Below, piece by piece: positions 1 to 10,100 of a stretch of 64,000 nt of DNA. The notes under the pieces were generated by a model that was not told where the DNA came from, did not search any database, and saw nothing but the letters and a program-made list of their open reading frames with translations. The DNA lies in assembly GCA_000002435.2 (NCBI GenBank), contig CM018790.1; one strand, written 5' to 3'. Origin of the DNA: Giardia intestinalis (lineage: Eukaryota). The position numbers were made by a program, and so were the translations under genes. The stretch's first letter is position 1. The number at the start of each line of letters is the position of its first letter.

Positions 1-3000
1 TCATCGCACGGGCGGCAATCGGACGGAGCAGAGACAGAGCTCTGCGTCGAGTAGTATCCCTGGCTGCACGCGCTGCATGTAGTGGCAGATGTGCAGCGGA
101 GGCAACCAGGCACGCAGGGGATGCATTCCCTGCCGCTTGTCCAGAAGCCCTCTGCCGGACAGTCGCGGGGGCACAGGAGCATCCCGTCCAGAGTCAGCGC
201 CTTGCGTCCACTCTCGCACGCCAGACAGACGACCGGGCCCACGCGATCAGCGAGGCGGCACCTGCTGGCGCTGGAGTGGGTCGGCCTGACCTCGACGGCG
301 TTCTCGTTGCATCCTGTGCACGCTATGCTTTGCTCCCTACAGAGGCACTGCGGAGGGCAGATCTTAGGGACGCACTCTTCGCCGTTCCAGATGTGCTCTG
401 GGACGCAGCTGGTGCATCTCGTGCTTGTACACGTTGCACAGTTGTCGATCGCACACGGGATGCAGCTGCCGGCGGCCTCGTAGTACGCCACTGGACAGAC
501 TGCATGGCAGGTCACCTCTGTCCCGGTCGAGAGCGCCTTGTAGCCCGGGAGACAGTCCTTGCACAGTGCGGGGCCCGCTACCTTCGGAGCCTCACAGAGC
601 CTGCAGCCACTCACTCCCACCCAGCTGTCCCTGCCAGATGTGTCCGAGCAGGCAAGACAGGTTCCCAGGCCAGGCGTGGCGAACGTGCCAAAGTACCCCT
701 CGGCGCACTCTTTGCACCTATCAGCCCCCATACCATCGCACGTCTTGCACGCCGGGTGGCACGCAATGCAGGACGTACTCTGGAGATAGTATCCGGCCCT
801 GCAAGCGGTGCACGTGTTGGGGTCGTCTACGCACGCGCCGCAGTTGGGATCGGAGCAGCGCACGCAGCCCTTGTCTGTCTTGGAAAAGCCTGCCTCGCAT
901 GCATTGCACCCGGACGTTGACTCCGTGGTGTCTCCACAAATGCTCGTCCCCGGCGCCCTTCCCTTTGTGTAGCAGGCGCCCTCGAAGAGGAACATCCCGT
1001 CTCCGCAGTGCGAGCACACACCCTTGCTGCAGATAAGTCCCTCCTTCGGCTCTGCGCACGTGCCATCCAGGGGAACCTCTCCGTCAATCAGGCAGCGCCC
1101 GCAGACGACCTGGCCGTCGACGACCGCTGCATCGCGCTCATCACAGATGCCCGTGCCGGGGTACTCGCCTGCGGAGTAGCAGCCCCCCTGGTAGAGGAAG
1201 TAGCTCCCTCGGCACGCGGTGCAGCGGCCCTTCTTGGCGTCCTTTACGCATGGACCGGCAAGTGAGCGAGCTTCTCCAGGATAGAGTGTGCAGATGCCGT
1301 CGATCGGCACGTAATCACTCGACGCGCACTGCGAGCACAGAGACCCGTCCATGACTGTGCAGGAGCCCCAACTACAGGCATCCTGCCCCACTCTTTTGCA
1401 GGGCTTCGTGCAGTATGCCCCGGCCCCGACGCCTGTCAGCGTGTAGGGCTGAATGCATTCTGTGCAGTACTTCACGTCTATCTCGCAGCTGGCGCAGTTG
1501 GAGACGGCGCAGGACATGCACGTCAGCGTCTCCTTATTGTGACGGTAGCCGGGTCTGCACCGCCGACAGGTCCCGGCTTCGCGGCCTGTTCCAAGGACCT
1601 CGCAAATCCCACTTCCAGGAGTAGTCGTGATATCATAGCAGCCTCCCTCGTGGAAGAAGTAGTTCTCGGGACATATGACGCATAAACCGCTGGAGCACGA
1701 GACACCATCTGGCACATCCTTTGTACACAGGCCATTTATTGGAAACTCTCCTGCAAGATTGCACTGCTTGCAATATGTGCGCCCTCCGACTGTCAGAAGC
1801 TCCCTACAAATGCCAGACCCGGGAGTCGCGGCAGGGTCATAGCACCCGCCCATGTAGAGCATGTATCCGCGTAGGCACCCTGTGCAGACACCCTTCCCCT
1901 TCTCGCAAACATAGTCTGTGTCATGCCCCGTGCAAGCCCCGTTGATCGGCCACTCGTCATCCAGCGCACACCTGGAACAGTACAGCGAGCCCATCGCCGT
2001 ACAGCTGCCAGCCTTACAGTTACCAGACTCTGATCCACTGTCGTTGCAGCTTTGGATACACCGCGAGCCGTCCTCGCTAGGAATGTGCTTGTCCTTGCAT
2101 CGCGTGCAGATGACCCTCTTTGGTGCCTCGCTTGGATAGCACTCTGTGCAGCCGTCAACGCCCGTGTATCCATTTGTTCCACCTGTATCATTACATAGGA
2201 TGCAGGACTCCTTTGTGGGATCGAGCAGGCCTGTGCTGTAGTACCCGGAGGCACACGATGTGCACACTCCTGCAACCGCTGAGTCGACGGCCACTGCACA
2301 AAGCACCGTTCCAGGCGAGCGTCCTATCTCGTAGCACCCCCCGGCGTGCAGGAAGAACCTTGGTCCGCAGCGTGTGCACGACGTGGGGCTTGGTGTGGCA
2401 GCGACACATTGCGATCTGATTGCCCTAGTGTCGGTCAGTGCAACGCATGAGCCATCGATCGGGACTTCCCCGTCTTGCTTGCATTGCTTGCAGATAGTGT
2501 ACGGGCCCAGCGTAGCTTGATGCTGGCTGTCACATATGGCAGTCCCAGCTGCTGCGCCTTTAGCATAGCAGCCCCCATAGTAGAGGAGGTGCGTGTCCTT
2601 GCAAGCCGCACACGTCCCGCTGGATGGGGTTGTACGGATGCAAGCGTCGTCATTTGCCTTGCACTTTCCGTCGATGATAACGCTGCTTAATAGCGCACAG
2701 CGGCTGCATGCAAGCGTGCCGTTGACATTGCAGTATCCTGCAGCACAGGACGTGGAAAGCAATCCAACGGGGCATTCCTCAATACATATGTTATTCCTCA
2801 GTGCAAATCTATCCTTGCAGACCTTACACCCAGTACTATCGCACTTCTTACACCCGGGTGTGCATGCAACACACGAGTTCCCACTGGCATAATACCCATC
2901 CTGGCAAGAGGCGCAGGTATTTGCCGCATTGCACGTCAAGCAGTGGAGCACGCTGCAAGCAACACACTTTTCGGCCGCAAGATAAAAGCCGTCTGCGCAT

Positions 3001-6000
3001 CCCGTGCATTTTGCTGCACTATCTTGACACGTCTTGCAGCTCTTATCGCACAGCTGACAGAACTCAGCAGACTCATACATCCCATCCGGACACTTAGTAA
3101 AGCATGCAACCGTTGCAGGACTTCCATCCTTGGTTATCTGGAATGACTTAACACCCTGTTTGCACGACTTGCAGATGCCATCCTCCTTGACGGTGCAGTC
3201 ATCCGAGACCTTGCACTCCCCATCAACGGGCACCTCATCCTTCTGCTTACACTTCGCACAAAACGACCCTGCGCCCGATGTCACGACATCCTGGGCGTCG
3301 CAGATGTCCCTCGCCTCGAACGACCCCGCTTCATAGCAGCCACCCTTGTACTTGATGTATCCGTGGGCGCAGTATTTGCAGGTGCCATTAGCTTGTTCAT
3401 ATTGTATGCACACGCCTGCGGCCACTGAAGCACACACGCCGTTGACTGGGCCCTCGGCGTCAGCAGCGCACTGGGAGCAGTAGAACGTGCCCAGGACATC
3501 ACACTTGTCCTTTCTGCACCTGTGCTCCTTGGGGTCTGCCTCTGCCTCAACGCACGTTTGCACGCACTCCGTTCCCCCATTCATTGGTCTGTAGAACTGC
3601 TCGCAGGCAACACAGACCAGGAGTCCGTTGGAAACCTCGCAGCTCTTGCAGTGGGGTATGCCCTTCAGCGTGTCGCTGTTCTCTGTGCACGGAACACACG
3701 AGTCGCTGACACTTGAGCGGTCGGGGGGCGGGTAGTATCCATCCTTGCAGGTGCTGCAAATGCCGTCATGCACTCCAAGGTCTTTGCAAACCGTGTTTCC
3801 AGGAGCCCTTTCTGCCGAGACGCAGCTCCCAAGCATCAGGAAGTAGTCGCTGCTGCAATAGTAGCACGTGCCAGTGGGGACGCGGTGCAGAGTGCACACC
3901 GCAGCCTCTGTGCTGCCGGGCGTAAGGCAGTGTCCATCGACCAGAAGGTCTGTCACGACTCCGCACTGGAAGCAGTATAGCGTGTTGCCTATTAGGTTAT
4001 GCCTAACGCACGCTTTACTCCCGGGAGGCGCAGCTGGATTGTAGCACCCGCCCATGTAGAGGATGTGGGTCGTCGCACACGACGCACACGTATCATTTTG
4101 TTGTGTTTGCGGTGTGCAAACATTACTATTAGTGGAGGTACACCTTCCATCCACGAGATAATCTGACTCTAGCGAACACCTAGAACAATACTTCCCGTTG
4201 AGCACGTTGCAGTAGCCCTTCAAACACTTTCCTGTCGCCTTGCTGCTCTCCTCTACTTCTGGACAGGATTCTTCGCATCGATTCTGCTCGTTCAAGATGT
4301 ACCTATCTGCGCAGTCTGTACAGGTAGCCGGTCCTGCTGCTTTAGGAGGCAGGCATGTATCGCAGTGATCTATTCCAGTATACCCGTTGCTTCCAACTGT
4401 ATCGTTGCACGCAATGCATGAGTCTATCGCCGTGCTAGCCACCGGGTTCTTGAAGTACGATTTGCCGCACTCCTCACAGACCCCGGCCCCGACCCTGGCG
4501 CAGATATCTGAGTGTGATTCCTGCCGCATGCATATTCCCCTGTGCATAAAGTAGCCGGACCCGCATGCAGTGCACTTGCTGCTTGTGCACGTATTTCCGT
4601 CAAGTTCTGCTGTGCATGACCCATCGACAGGGTACTCGCCCGCATCATTACACGCTTTGCAATAGGCAGTGCCCTTTTCTACTATCTGACTATCTTGTTT
4701 GCAGATCTCGATCACTGGCTGGGTAATCTTATAGCACCCGCCGTAGTATAGCAGGTGGGTTGCGGCGCAGCGAAGGCATGTTCCCGAAGAGGCATTCAGA
4801 CATATGCGGGCCCGTTCTCCTCCCAACGAGCAAACTCCATCTATGGGGACCTCGTTTGCCTCGCTGCATCTGCTGCAAAAGGTGTTGTCTCGAACCGTGC
4901 ATCCTCCGTAGATACACTTCCCTGGGCCGATGCCCTCCTCACAGACTTTTTCGCAGACCTTCGACCCCTTTGTGTTGTCCTTGAGGAAGTATCCCGAGTT
5001 GCAGCTGGTGCAGGAGGCTGCATCTCCGGAACAGGCCCGGCAGTTGCTAACCTCGCAGACCTTGCATCCGTTGCCCGATGACATGTATCCATCTTCGCAC
5101 TTGGAACAGGTGCTGGTGCTGTCGTCTTCATCTTTGCAGATAAGCATGCCAGGCATGACACCCTTTCGGTAGCATCCCCCGTTGTATAGAAAGTACCCCG
5201 ATGCGCAGGATGTGCAGGCGCCATCTTGTGCACTGTGCCCATCTAGGGTGGCTGTGCATATGCCGTCAACAGGACATTCTGCAGATGTGGCGCACCTTGA
5301 ACAATAAGTGTTGGAAATGGTATTGCAGTGTCCCGTTTTGCACTGTTCCGCCCCCTCAGCCCCTTCATGACAAACCTGCACACAGCTGTTGCCCTTGAGG
5401 ACATGCCCAGTGGTGCACTTTGTGCAGATAGGCATGGTCCCGCTGGGCTTGGGGCTGCACCTCTCGCAATTTGCGACCCCTACGATTGTGATAGTGGCCA
5501 CCGGATCGTTGCAGGGCTTGCAGTAGCCGCGCCCCCCGCTGAAAACCTCAAAGTAGACATCCTTTTTGCAGGACAGGCAGCTGTCGGCAGCACCGCTACT
5601 GCATGTTTCACAGGACTGGTGGCATGGTGCGCACGTGCTGCCACTGCGGTAGTACTTGTTCCTGCACACTTTGCAGCCACCCGTGCCGTCCAGCTCGTCG
5701 CATATGACGTTCCCGGGCGACGTCTCGTTTGAGTAGCAGCCGCCTTTGTAGAGGAAGGCTTTCGCTCCACAGCTTGCACATGTCGTGTCCGTGGGTGTGA
5801 CCGCAGAGCCCCGGGACGTCACACAGCCCACTGCTGCCACCTCTTGCGCGTCGTACCTCAAACAGACCCCTGAGACAGGCACGAAGCCCGGCTGCGCACA
5901 TCGGACACAGACCGTACGCTCCTGGACCTCGGAGGTCTCTGCGCACACCTCCTGCCCCAGAGGTTCTGCTACGCTATAGCAGCCTCCCTGAAAGAGCAAA

Positions 6001-6929
6001 TGCCCCTTGGCACAGACACTACAGGTGCCGTTGGGGGGATCGAATGGGGTGCAGATCTTCTTGTCATCTGCAGAGACGCATTTCCCATCAATAAGAAGGT
6101 CGCTACTGCTAGCGCACTGAGAGCAGTATCTGTTATTCAGCGCGGTGCACATGCTTGTTTTGCATTTGGTTGCCTGGCTATCGTGCTCATCACATGTCTG
6201 CGTACATCTTTTGGCAGTAAGGTCGTACGAGTACTTGCTCACGCATACACTGCAATCCTCTGGTCTTTCGCCTGTGCATGTGGCACAGTTGTCAGCGCAA
6301 GCGGTGCACTTACCCTCTTTAATGAAGTACTTTTCTTTACATAGAGTGCAAGTGATCTCGTCGGAGTTTTGAGAGCACTGTGCACAAGCTGTTACTCCAC
6401 CATCTGCAGCAGAGCACTCCTTACATTCGTTATTCTTGAGAAACCGATCTGACCGGCAACTGAGGCAGGACTGAGCAGTGTTGCTTGTGCACGTGGCGCA
6501 TGTGGAGTGGCAGGGCTTGCACTGGTGAATGCTGGATGTCGTGTCTAGAAAGAATCCATCTACACACAGCGTGCAGTATCCTGATGTAGCAGTTCTGCAT
6601 ATGCGGTTTCCGGGGCTATAGAGCACGTTATAGCACCCTCCCTCGTGGAGAAAGTAGCTTCCGTCGCGGCAAAGTTCGCACTTCCTGGCAGAGGTACTCA
6701 GCGGAGCCCCTACGCTGCCTCCGCAACCAGATGCTACTGCCCTGGGGTCAGTGAGGGGGATGCACACCCCGTTAATAGGCACCTCTCCGGGGATTGCACA
6801 CTCGGCGCAATATTGCCCGTCCAAAACTTTACAATTGTTTTCTGCACAGATAGCTGTATCTCGATCAGAGCCTGCAGCTTGGATGCATATCGAAAGAGCC
6901 GCGCCTATCAGCTCAAGAAAAAGAATCAT
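1..6929 (-). CDS. Giant cysteine-rich surface protein (VSP / high-cysteine membrane protein-like), 5' portion. ATG at complement(6927..6929); C-terminus lies beyond the window's left edge.
   Basis: Reverse-complement translation from ATG(6929) gives a signal-peptide-like start (MILFLELIGAALSICIQAAGS...). Dense CXXC motifs and repeated GGCY motifs follow (HEGGCYNV, FQGGCYSV, YKGGCYSN), plus PIDG/PVDG-x-C modules. The ORF track lists no minus-strand ORF at all in this frame (start coordinate = 2 mod 3) between 1 and 6929, even though the frame contains many Met codons. The track therefore drops ORFs lacking an in-window stop, so this frame is open for all 2309 codons. The plus-strand ORFs in the same region are antisense artefacts. 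The family call (Giardia VSP/HCMP) is from established motif knowledge. Confidence 0.8.
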   Translation of the reverse strand, partial: MILFLELIGAALSICIQAAGSDRDTAICAENNCKVLDGQYCAECAIPGEVPINGVCIPLTDPRAVASGCGGSVGAPLSTSARKCELCRDGSYFLHEGGCYNVLYSPGNRICRTATSGYCTLCVDGFFLDTTSSIHQCKPCHSTCATCTSNTAQSCLSCRSDRFLKNNECKECSAADGGVTACAQCSQNSDEITCTLCKEKYFIKEGKCTACADNCATCTGERPEDCSVCVSKYSYDLTAKRCTQTCDEHDSQATKCKTSMCTALNNRYCSQCASSSDLLIDGKCVSADDKKICTPFDPPNGTCSVCAKGHLLFQGGCYSVAEPLGQEVCAETSEVQERTVCVRCAQPGFVPVSGVCLRYDAQEVAAVGCVTSRGSAVTPTDTTCASCGAKAFLYKGGCYSNETSPGNVICDELDGTGGCKVCRNKYYRSGSTCAPCHQSCETCSSGAADSCLSCKKDVYFEVFSGGRGYCKPCNDPVATITIVGVANCERCSPKPSGTMPICTKCTTGHVLKGNSCVQVCHEGAEGAEQCKTGHCNTISNTYCSRCATSAECPVDGICTATLDGHSAQDGACTSCASGYFLYNGGCYRKGVMPGMLICKDEDDSTSTCSKCEDGYMSSGNGCKVCEVSNCRACSGDAASCTSCNSGYFLKDNTKGSKVCEKVCEEGIGPGKCIYGGCTVRDNTFCSRCSEANEVPIDGVCSLGGERARICLNASSGTCLRCAATHLLYYGGCYKITQPVIEICKQDSQIVEKGTAYCKACNDAGEYPVDGSCTAELDGNTCTSSKCTACGSGYFMHRGICMRQESHSDICARVGAGVCEECGKSYFKNPVASTAIDSCIACNDTVGSNGYTGIDHCDTCLPPKAAGPATCTDCADRYILNEQNRCEESCPEVEESSKATGKCLKGYCNVLNGKYCSRCSLESDYLVDGRCTSTNSNVCTPQTQQNDTCASCATTHILYMGGCYNPAAPPGSKACVRHNLIGNTLYCFQCGVVTDLLVDGHCLTPGSTEAAVCTLHRVPTGTCYYCSSDYFLMLGSCVSAERAPGNTVCKDLGVHDGICSTCKDGYYPPPDRSSVSDSCVPCTENSDTLKGIPHCKSCEVSNGLLVCVACEQFYRPMNGGTECVQTCVEAEADPKEHRCRKDKCDVLGTFYCSQCAADAEGPVNGVCASVAAGVCIQYEQANGTCKYCAHGYIKYKGGCYEAGSFEARDICDAQDVVTSGAGSFCAKCKQKDEVPVDGECKVSDDCTVKEDGICKSCKQGVKSFQITKDGSPATVACFTKCPDGMYESAEFCQLCDKSCKTCQDSAAKCTGCADGFYLAAEKCVACSVLHCLTCNAANTCASCQDGYYASGNSCVACTPGCKKCDSTGCKVCKDRFALRNNICIEECPVGLLSTSCAAGYCNVNGTLACSRCALLSSVIIDGKCKANDDACIRTTPSSGTCAACKDTHLLYYGGCYAKGAAAGTAICDSQHQATLGPYTICKQCKQDGEVPIDGSCVALTDTRAIRSQCVAATPSPTSCTRCGPRFFLHAGGCYEIGRSPGTVLCAVAVDSAVAGVCTSCASGYYSTGLLDPTKESCILCNDTGGTNGYTGVDGCTECYPSEAPKRVICTRCKDKHIPSEDGSRCIQSCNDSGSESGNCKAGSCTAMGSLYCSRCALDDEWPINGACTGHDTDYVCEKGKGVCTGCLRGYMLYMGGCYDPAATPGSGICRELLTVGGRTYCKQCNLAGEFPINGLCTKDVPDGVSCSSGLCVICPENYFFHEGGCYDITTTPGSGICEVLGTGREAGTCRRCRPGYRHNKETLTCMSCAVSNCASCEIDVKYCTECIQPYTLTGVGAGAYCTKPCKRVGQDACSWGSCTVMDGSLCSQCASSDYVPIDGICTLYPGEARSLAGPCVKDAKKGRCTACRGSYFLYQGGCYSAGEYPGTGICDERDAAVVDGQVVCGRCLIDGEVPLDGTCAEPKEGLICSKGVCSHCGDGMFLFEGACYTKGRAPGTSICGDTTESTSGCNACEAGFSKTDKGCVRCSDPNCGACVDDPNTCTACRAGYYLQSTSCIACHPACKTCDGMGADRCKECAEGYFGTFATPGLGTCLACSDTSGRDSWVGVSGCRLCEAPKVAGPALCKDCLPGYKALSTGTEVTCHAVCPVAYYEAAGSCIPCAIDNCATCTSTRCTSCVPEHIWNGEECVPKICPPQCLCREQSIACTGCNENAVEVRPTHSSASRCRLADRVGPVVCLACESGRKALTLDGMLLCPRDCPAEGFWTSGRECIPCVPGCLRCTSATTCSACSQGYYSTQSSVSAPSDCRPCD

Positions 6930-7140
6930 TGATTCCTTTTAAATTTGCAAATTGCTGGATAATATCACTATTGCAAAAAGCTCTAAGTGATGATCCCAGA
7001 TAAATCTATGTACATTTATCTCACGCATCTGAATTTAAAAAACTGACCTCTTCATTGGACATATTATTTGAAACCTAATTATTATGAAATGAAACAATAT
7101 ATTCCGGTCTTTAGGCAGCTCGAATATACGAGGATTCCCC
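6930..7140. promoter_or_regulatory. AT-rich bidirectional intergenic region between two divergent genes (Cys-rich gene on minus, 1669-aa gene on plus)
   Basis: A 211-bp AT-rich spacer (e.g. ttaaatttgcaaatt, aatttaaaaaac, attattatgaaatgaaacaatatatt) flanked by two divergent ATGs. Giardia promoters are short AT-rich elements close to the ATG. This is inference from composition only. Confidence 0.4.
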
Positions 7141-10100
7141 ATGCCACCGTGCACAGTGGAGCTATCCTTGTACTTTCTTGCCTGGGATAAGGTATATGCG
7201 TATTTGCGCTATAGAGATTTACCAATCTTCAATAAGACTGGCAGGCACGAACCGCTCGGTGTGTTTTTCCCTGCCGGACGTCCGTGTCTCATTAAGTACC
7301 AAAACGTTGAGCTGGCCGGGGAAAAGCTTGATGCAGAGTGGTCTGCTGCCTGCAAACCCACAGCTAGCTCTCCAAAAATGCTTTTTATATCTGATCATGC
7401 AGAGCCAGTCGAGGGCCTGTCTGAGCTTAGCCTTGCTGCGGTCTACTCTGTTGGCGGAGACATCTTTTTTGGTGACAGGAGCTTCCTGATATCTAGATTT
7501 GAAGGCTTTTTTCCCATACCAGAGATGTACGCCACATCGGCTGCTCAACTTAGCGGATTTGAATTTATTGTAAAGGACGTTCACCTATATATCTCCAAGG
7601 CTCTGCTAATTGCTTTGCATTCGGGCGACTCTGCTGCTTTGAACGCTCTTCCAGAACAGGGTGTTTTGCACCAGATGAGAACGTCCATTCGAGGAATTTC
7701 GTCTCTGAGCGCGTCACTTGTGGCATCTGTGGAGCTCCAGGAACAGGAGTACAACGAGAACCTGGAGGCACTTGCTACCCTTATAGTTCCCGAGAGTGTT
7801 CAACGTTCTTCCTCCTGTCCCGATTCTGAGTCTAGCTTGTTTACACAATTGGCTAGTTTGCTTGGAGATGTTTTTATGCCGATCTATCTGTTTGATTTCT
7901 CTAAGGGAAAGCCACCCTCTGTCGATTCGTCAGAACCCACTTTGCAAGCATACCAGGGAGAAAGGTTCTTCATTTCTCTTGTTGCTGATGTCGAGGTATA
8001 TAGTAAGCCCAGCAGCTTGACGTGGATTCACAGGACAACAACGCCGTGCTTTTGCGGCACCACTTTACGCTTTTTTCTCGATGACATGTATAAGATAATT
8101 CAGTTATTTTTTCAAAAAATTGAGCTACAGCCGGTTATTTATTTATACCCTGCGGCCACAATGAATGATTGCAACGCAGAAATAGACCTTGTTCAGTATT
8201 CTTCTAAATCAGGGTTGTTTGGGGCAGTTGTTTTAGTTCCCTTCCTTTGCACGCACGCGTTTCTATCGTCTGCGGAAGCTTGCATTGATGTAGCTGCTAA
8301 TATCTTTACTTATTGCTTTCTGTCCTGGGCGGTTAGCTCTATTCTCTCATATAGTACGACGCATACCAGAATGAAGAGCTCCCTGACGGATTTCTTCATG
8401 CTGTCCCTTTTCTATCAATATAAGTCTTTAATTCTATCGTTTCTAAGCGATTCCGGACTCTGCATGGACGCCTATCATACCTATGACCCACAACTCTTGG
8501 AATACACCGCTATCGACAGGCTGATGAAAGATATACATGCACTACGGCAGATGACGTATTACAGATATGATCGGAGGCTTGATCTGCAAATTTATGAGTT
8601 CATAATCTCTCTCCACAAGAGCGCGTCTCTTGATCTATACAGCTCTCAGACGTCTAGTAAGTATCTCAGTGACATGGCAAAGCTGCTTGCGTTTTCTTTG
8701 AGCCTGGATCTTCCATCCAGTATTCTCACAAACACCTGGGCGCAAGATAACATCATAAAAGAGGTTGAGTGTGCGTTTTTCTCTCCAATCCTGACACGAT
8801 ATGTCGCATTACACGATGGTTCCCATGCACTGCATACCAAGAATCGCACCGCTACGTCCTCTAACTCGCACATGAGCTTCTTGCCGACGGTGATGTTTGT
8901 TTGCGGACCAACCGACAAGACCTATGCAACTTACTTTGAACAGCATGCAGATCCAGTACGTTCCATTTTCTCGCGGCCACCTCAATCTGGTTCATCTCAG
9001 AACTCCGTTTTTTCTTGCTTAAAGACCTTGCTACTGCTTCCTAGTAATGTCATTGGATTATCTTCCTCATGTCCACAGTTAAGATCTATGAAGGACGTCC
9101 TCATGGATACTAAGGACGTCTTTGCGGAGATTGCTACTTACTTGAGTCCGCCGATGACATACACGTTTTCTCTTCTTGAAAATGATCACATCAAGCTTAC
9201 TACGTACTCTAAGCATGTCATTTTGTCCGCCTCTACCATCTATGCGCAGTTCTATTCTAAGCTATATACTCTTCCACAAGTCACCGTGCAATCTGAGCTA
9301 CTAAGATTGGCCGAAAGTCTATCAATTATTAATACAATACCCTCGAAATTATCATGTCTTTTCTGCCCCCATTACACGCGAAATGCATTTTTTCTTCAAA
9401 TCATGACTCCTAAGGCACTTAAATCCCTGCACCAGCAAGAGATGCCTGACGATGGACAAGTCAAGGCCCCAGATGGGATCTTGTGTATTGGCACTGCTGC
9501 CCAAGAATGTTCTCAATCCCTCTCCGCAGCGGTTGAGCTGACGAAGATCATCAGCTCCACACACAACCAGGCTAGAGTGCTGGAGCAACTATACACGGGG
9601 TCTCACCACGAAGACCGTCATCTGTCTATGTTGACTCACTTTGACTCTAATTTCTCAATACCCTTTTCTAGCCTAAGGCTTTTACTCGACAAGAAGGTTC
9701 AAAATGAGCGGCCTATAGTGGTGTTCAAAGCAGAGCTTAACTTAATTTTCAAAAGCATTAGCGCAAGCACCGGTGAGTACTTTTCTACCAGTGGGGCCTC
9801 ATCTCCGGCACCTCTTACTGACGTTATGTTTGTGCACATCCTCCATCCAGGCTCATTTAGAGACCTTGCTAAAGTCTTCTATGCTAGAGACTTCTCTAAT
9901 TTGCAATTGAATTCTGGCATTGTAGTGTCCTATCCTTCTACCAACTGCTTTGTCGCACGGCATGCACGAAGCGGTATTCTTGGCATAGTTGAACCTTTTC
10001 TGCTGTTTGTCTGCCCCCGTGGTAATCCACCCGATCCATTGCGGCTCGTAGAGGCTTTGAATATGTCTGCCAGAAACGCACATCTGCATTTCCTATACAA

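Noticed and set aside
82-6942. Numerous plus-strand ORFs (e.g. 276..920, 425..1036, 4755..5081, 5328..5732) and short minus-strand ORFs in other frames across the first 6.9 kb
   Set aside because: They are antisense or off-frame to the continuous CXXC/GGCY cysteine-rich reading frame anchored at complement(6929). The GC- and Cys-codon-rich sequence keeps several frames open by chance. Their products are Arg/Pro/Ala-rich low-complexity with no motifs.
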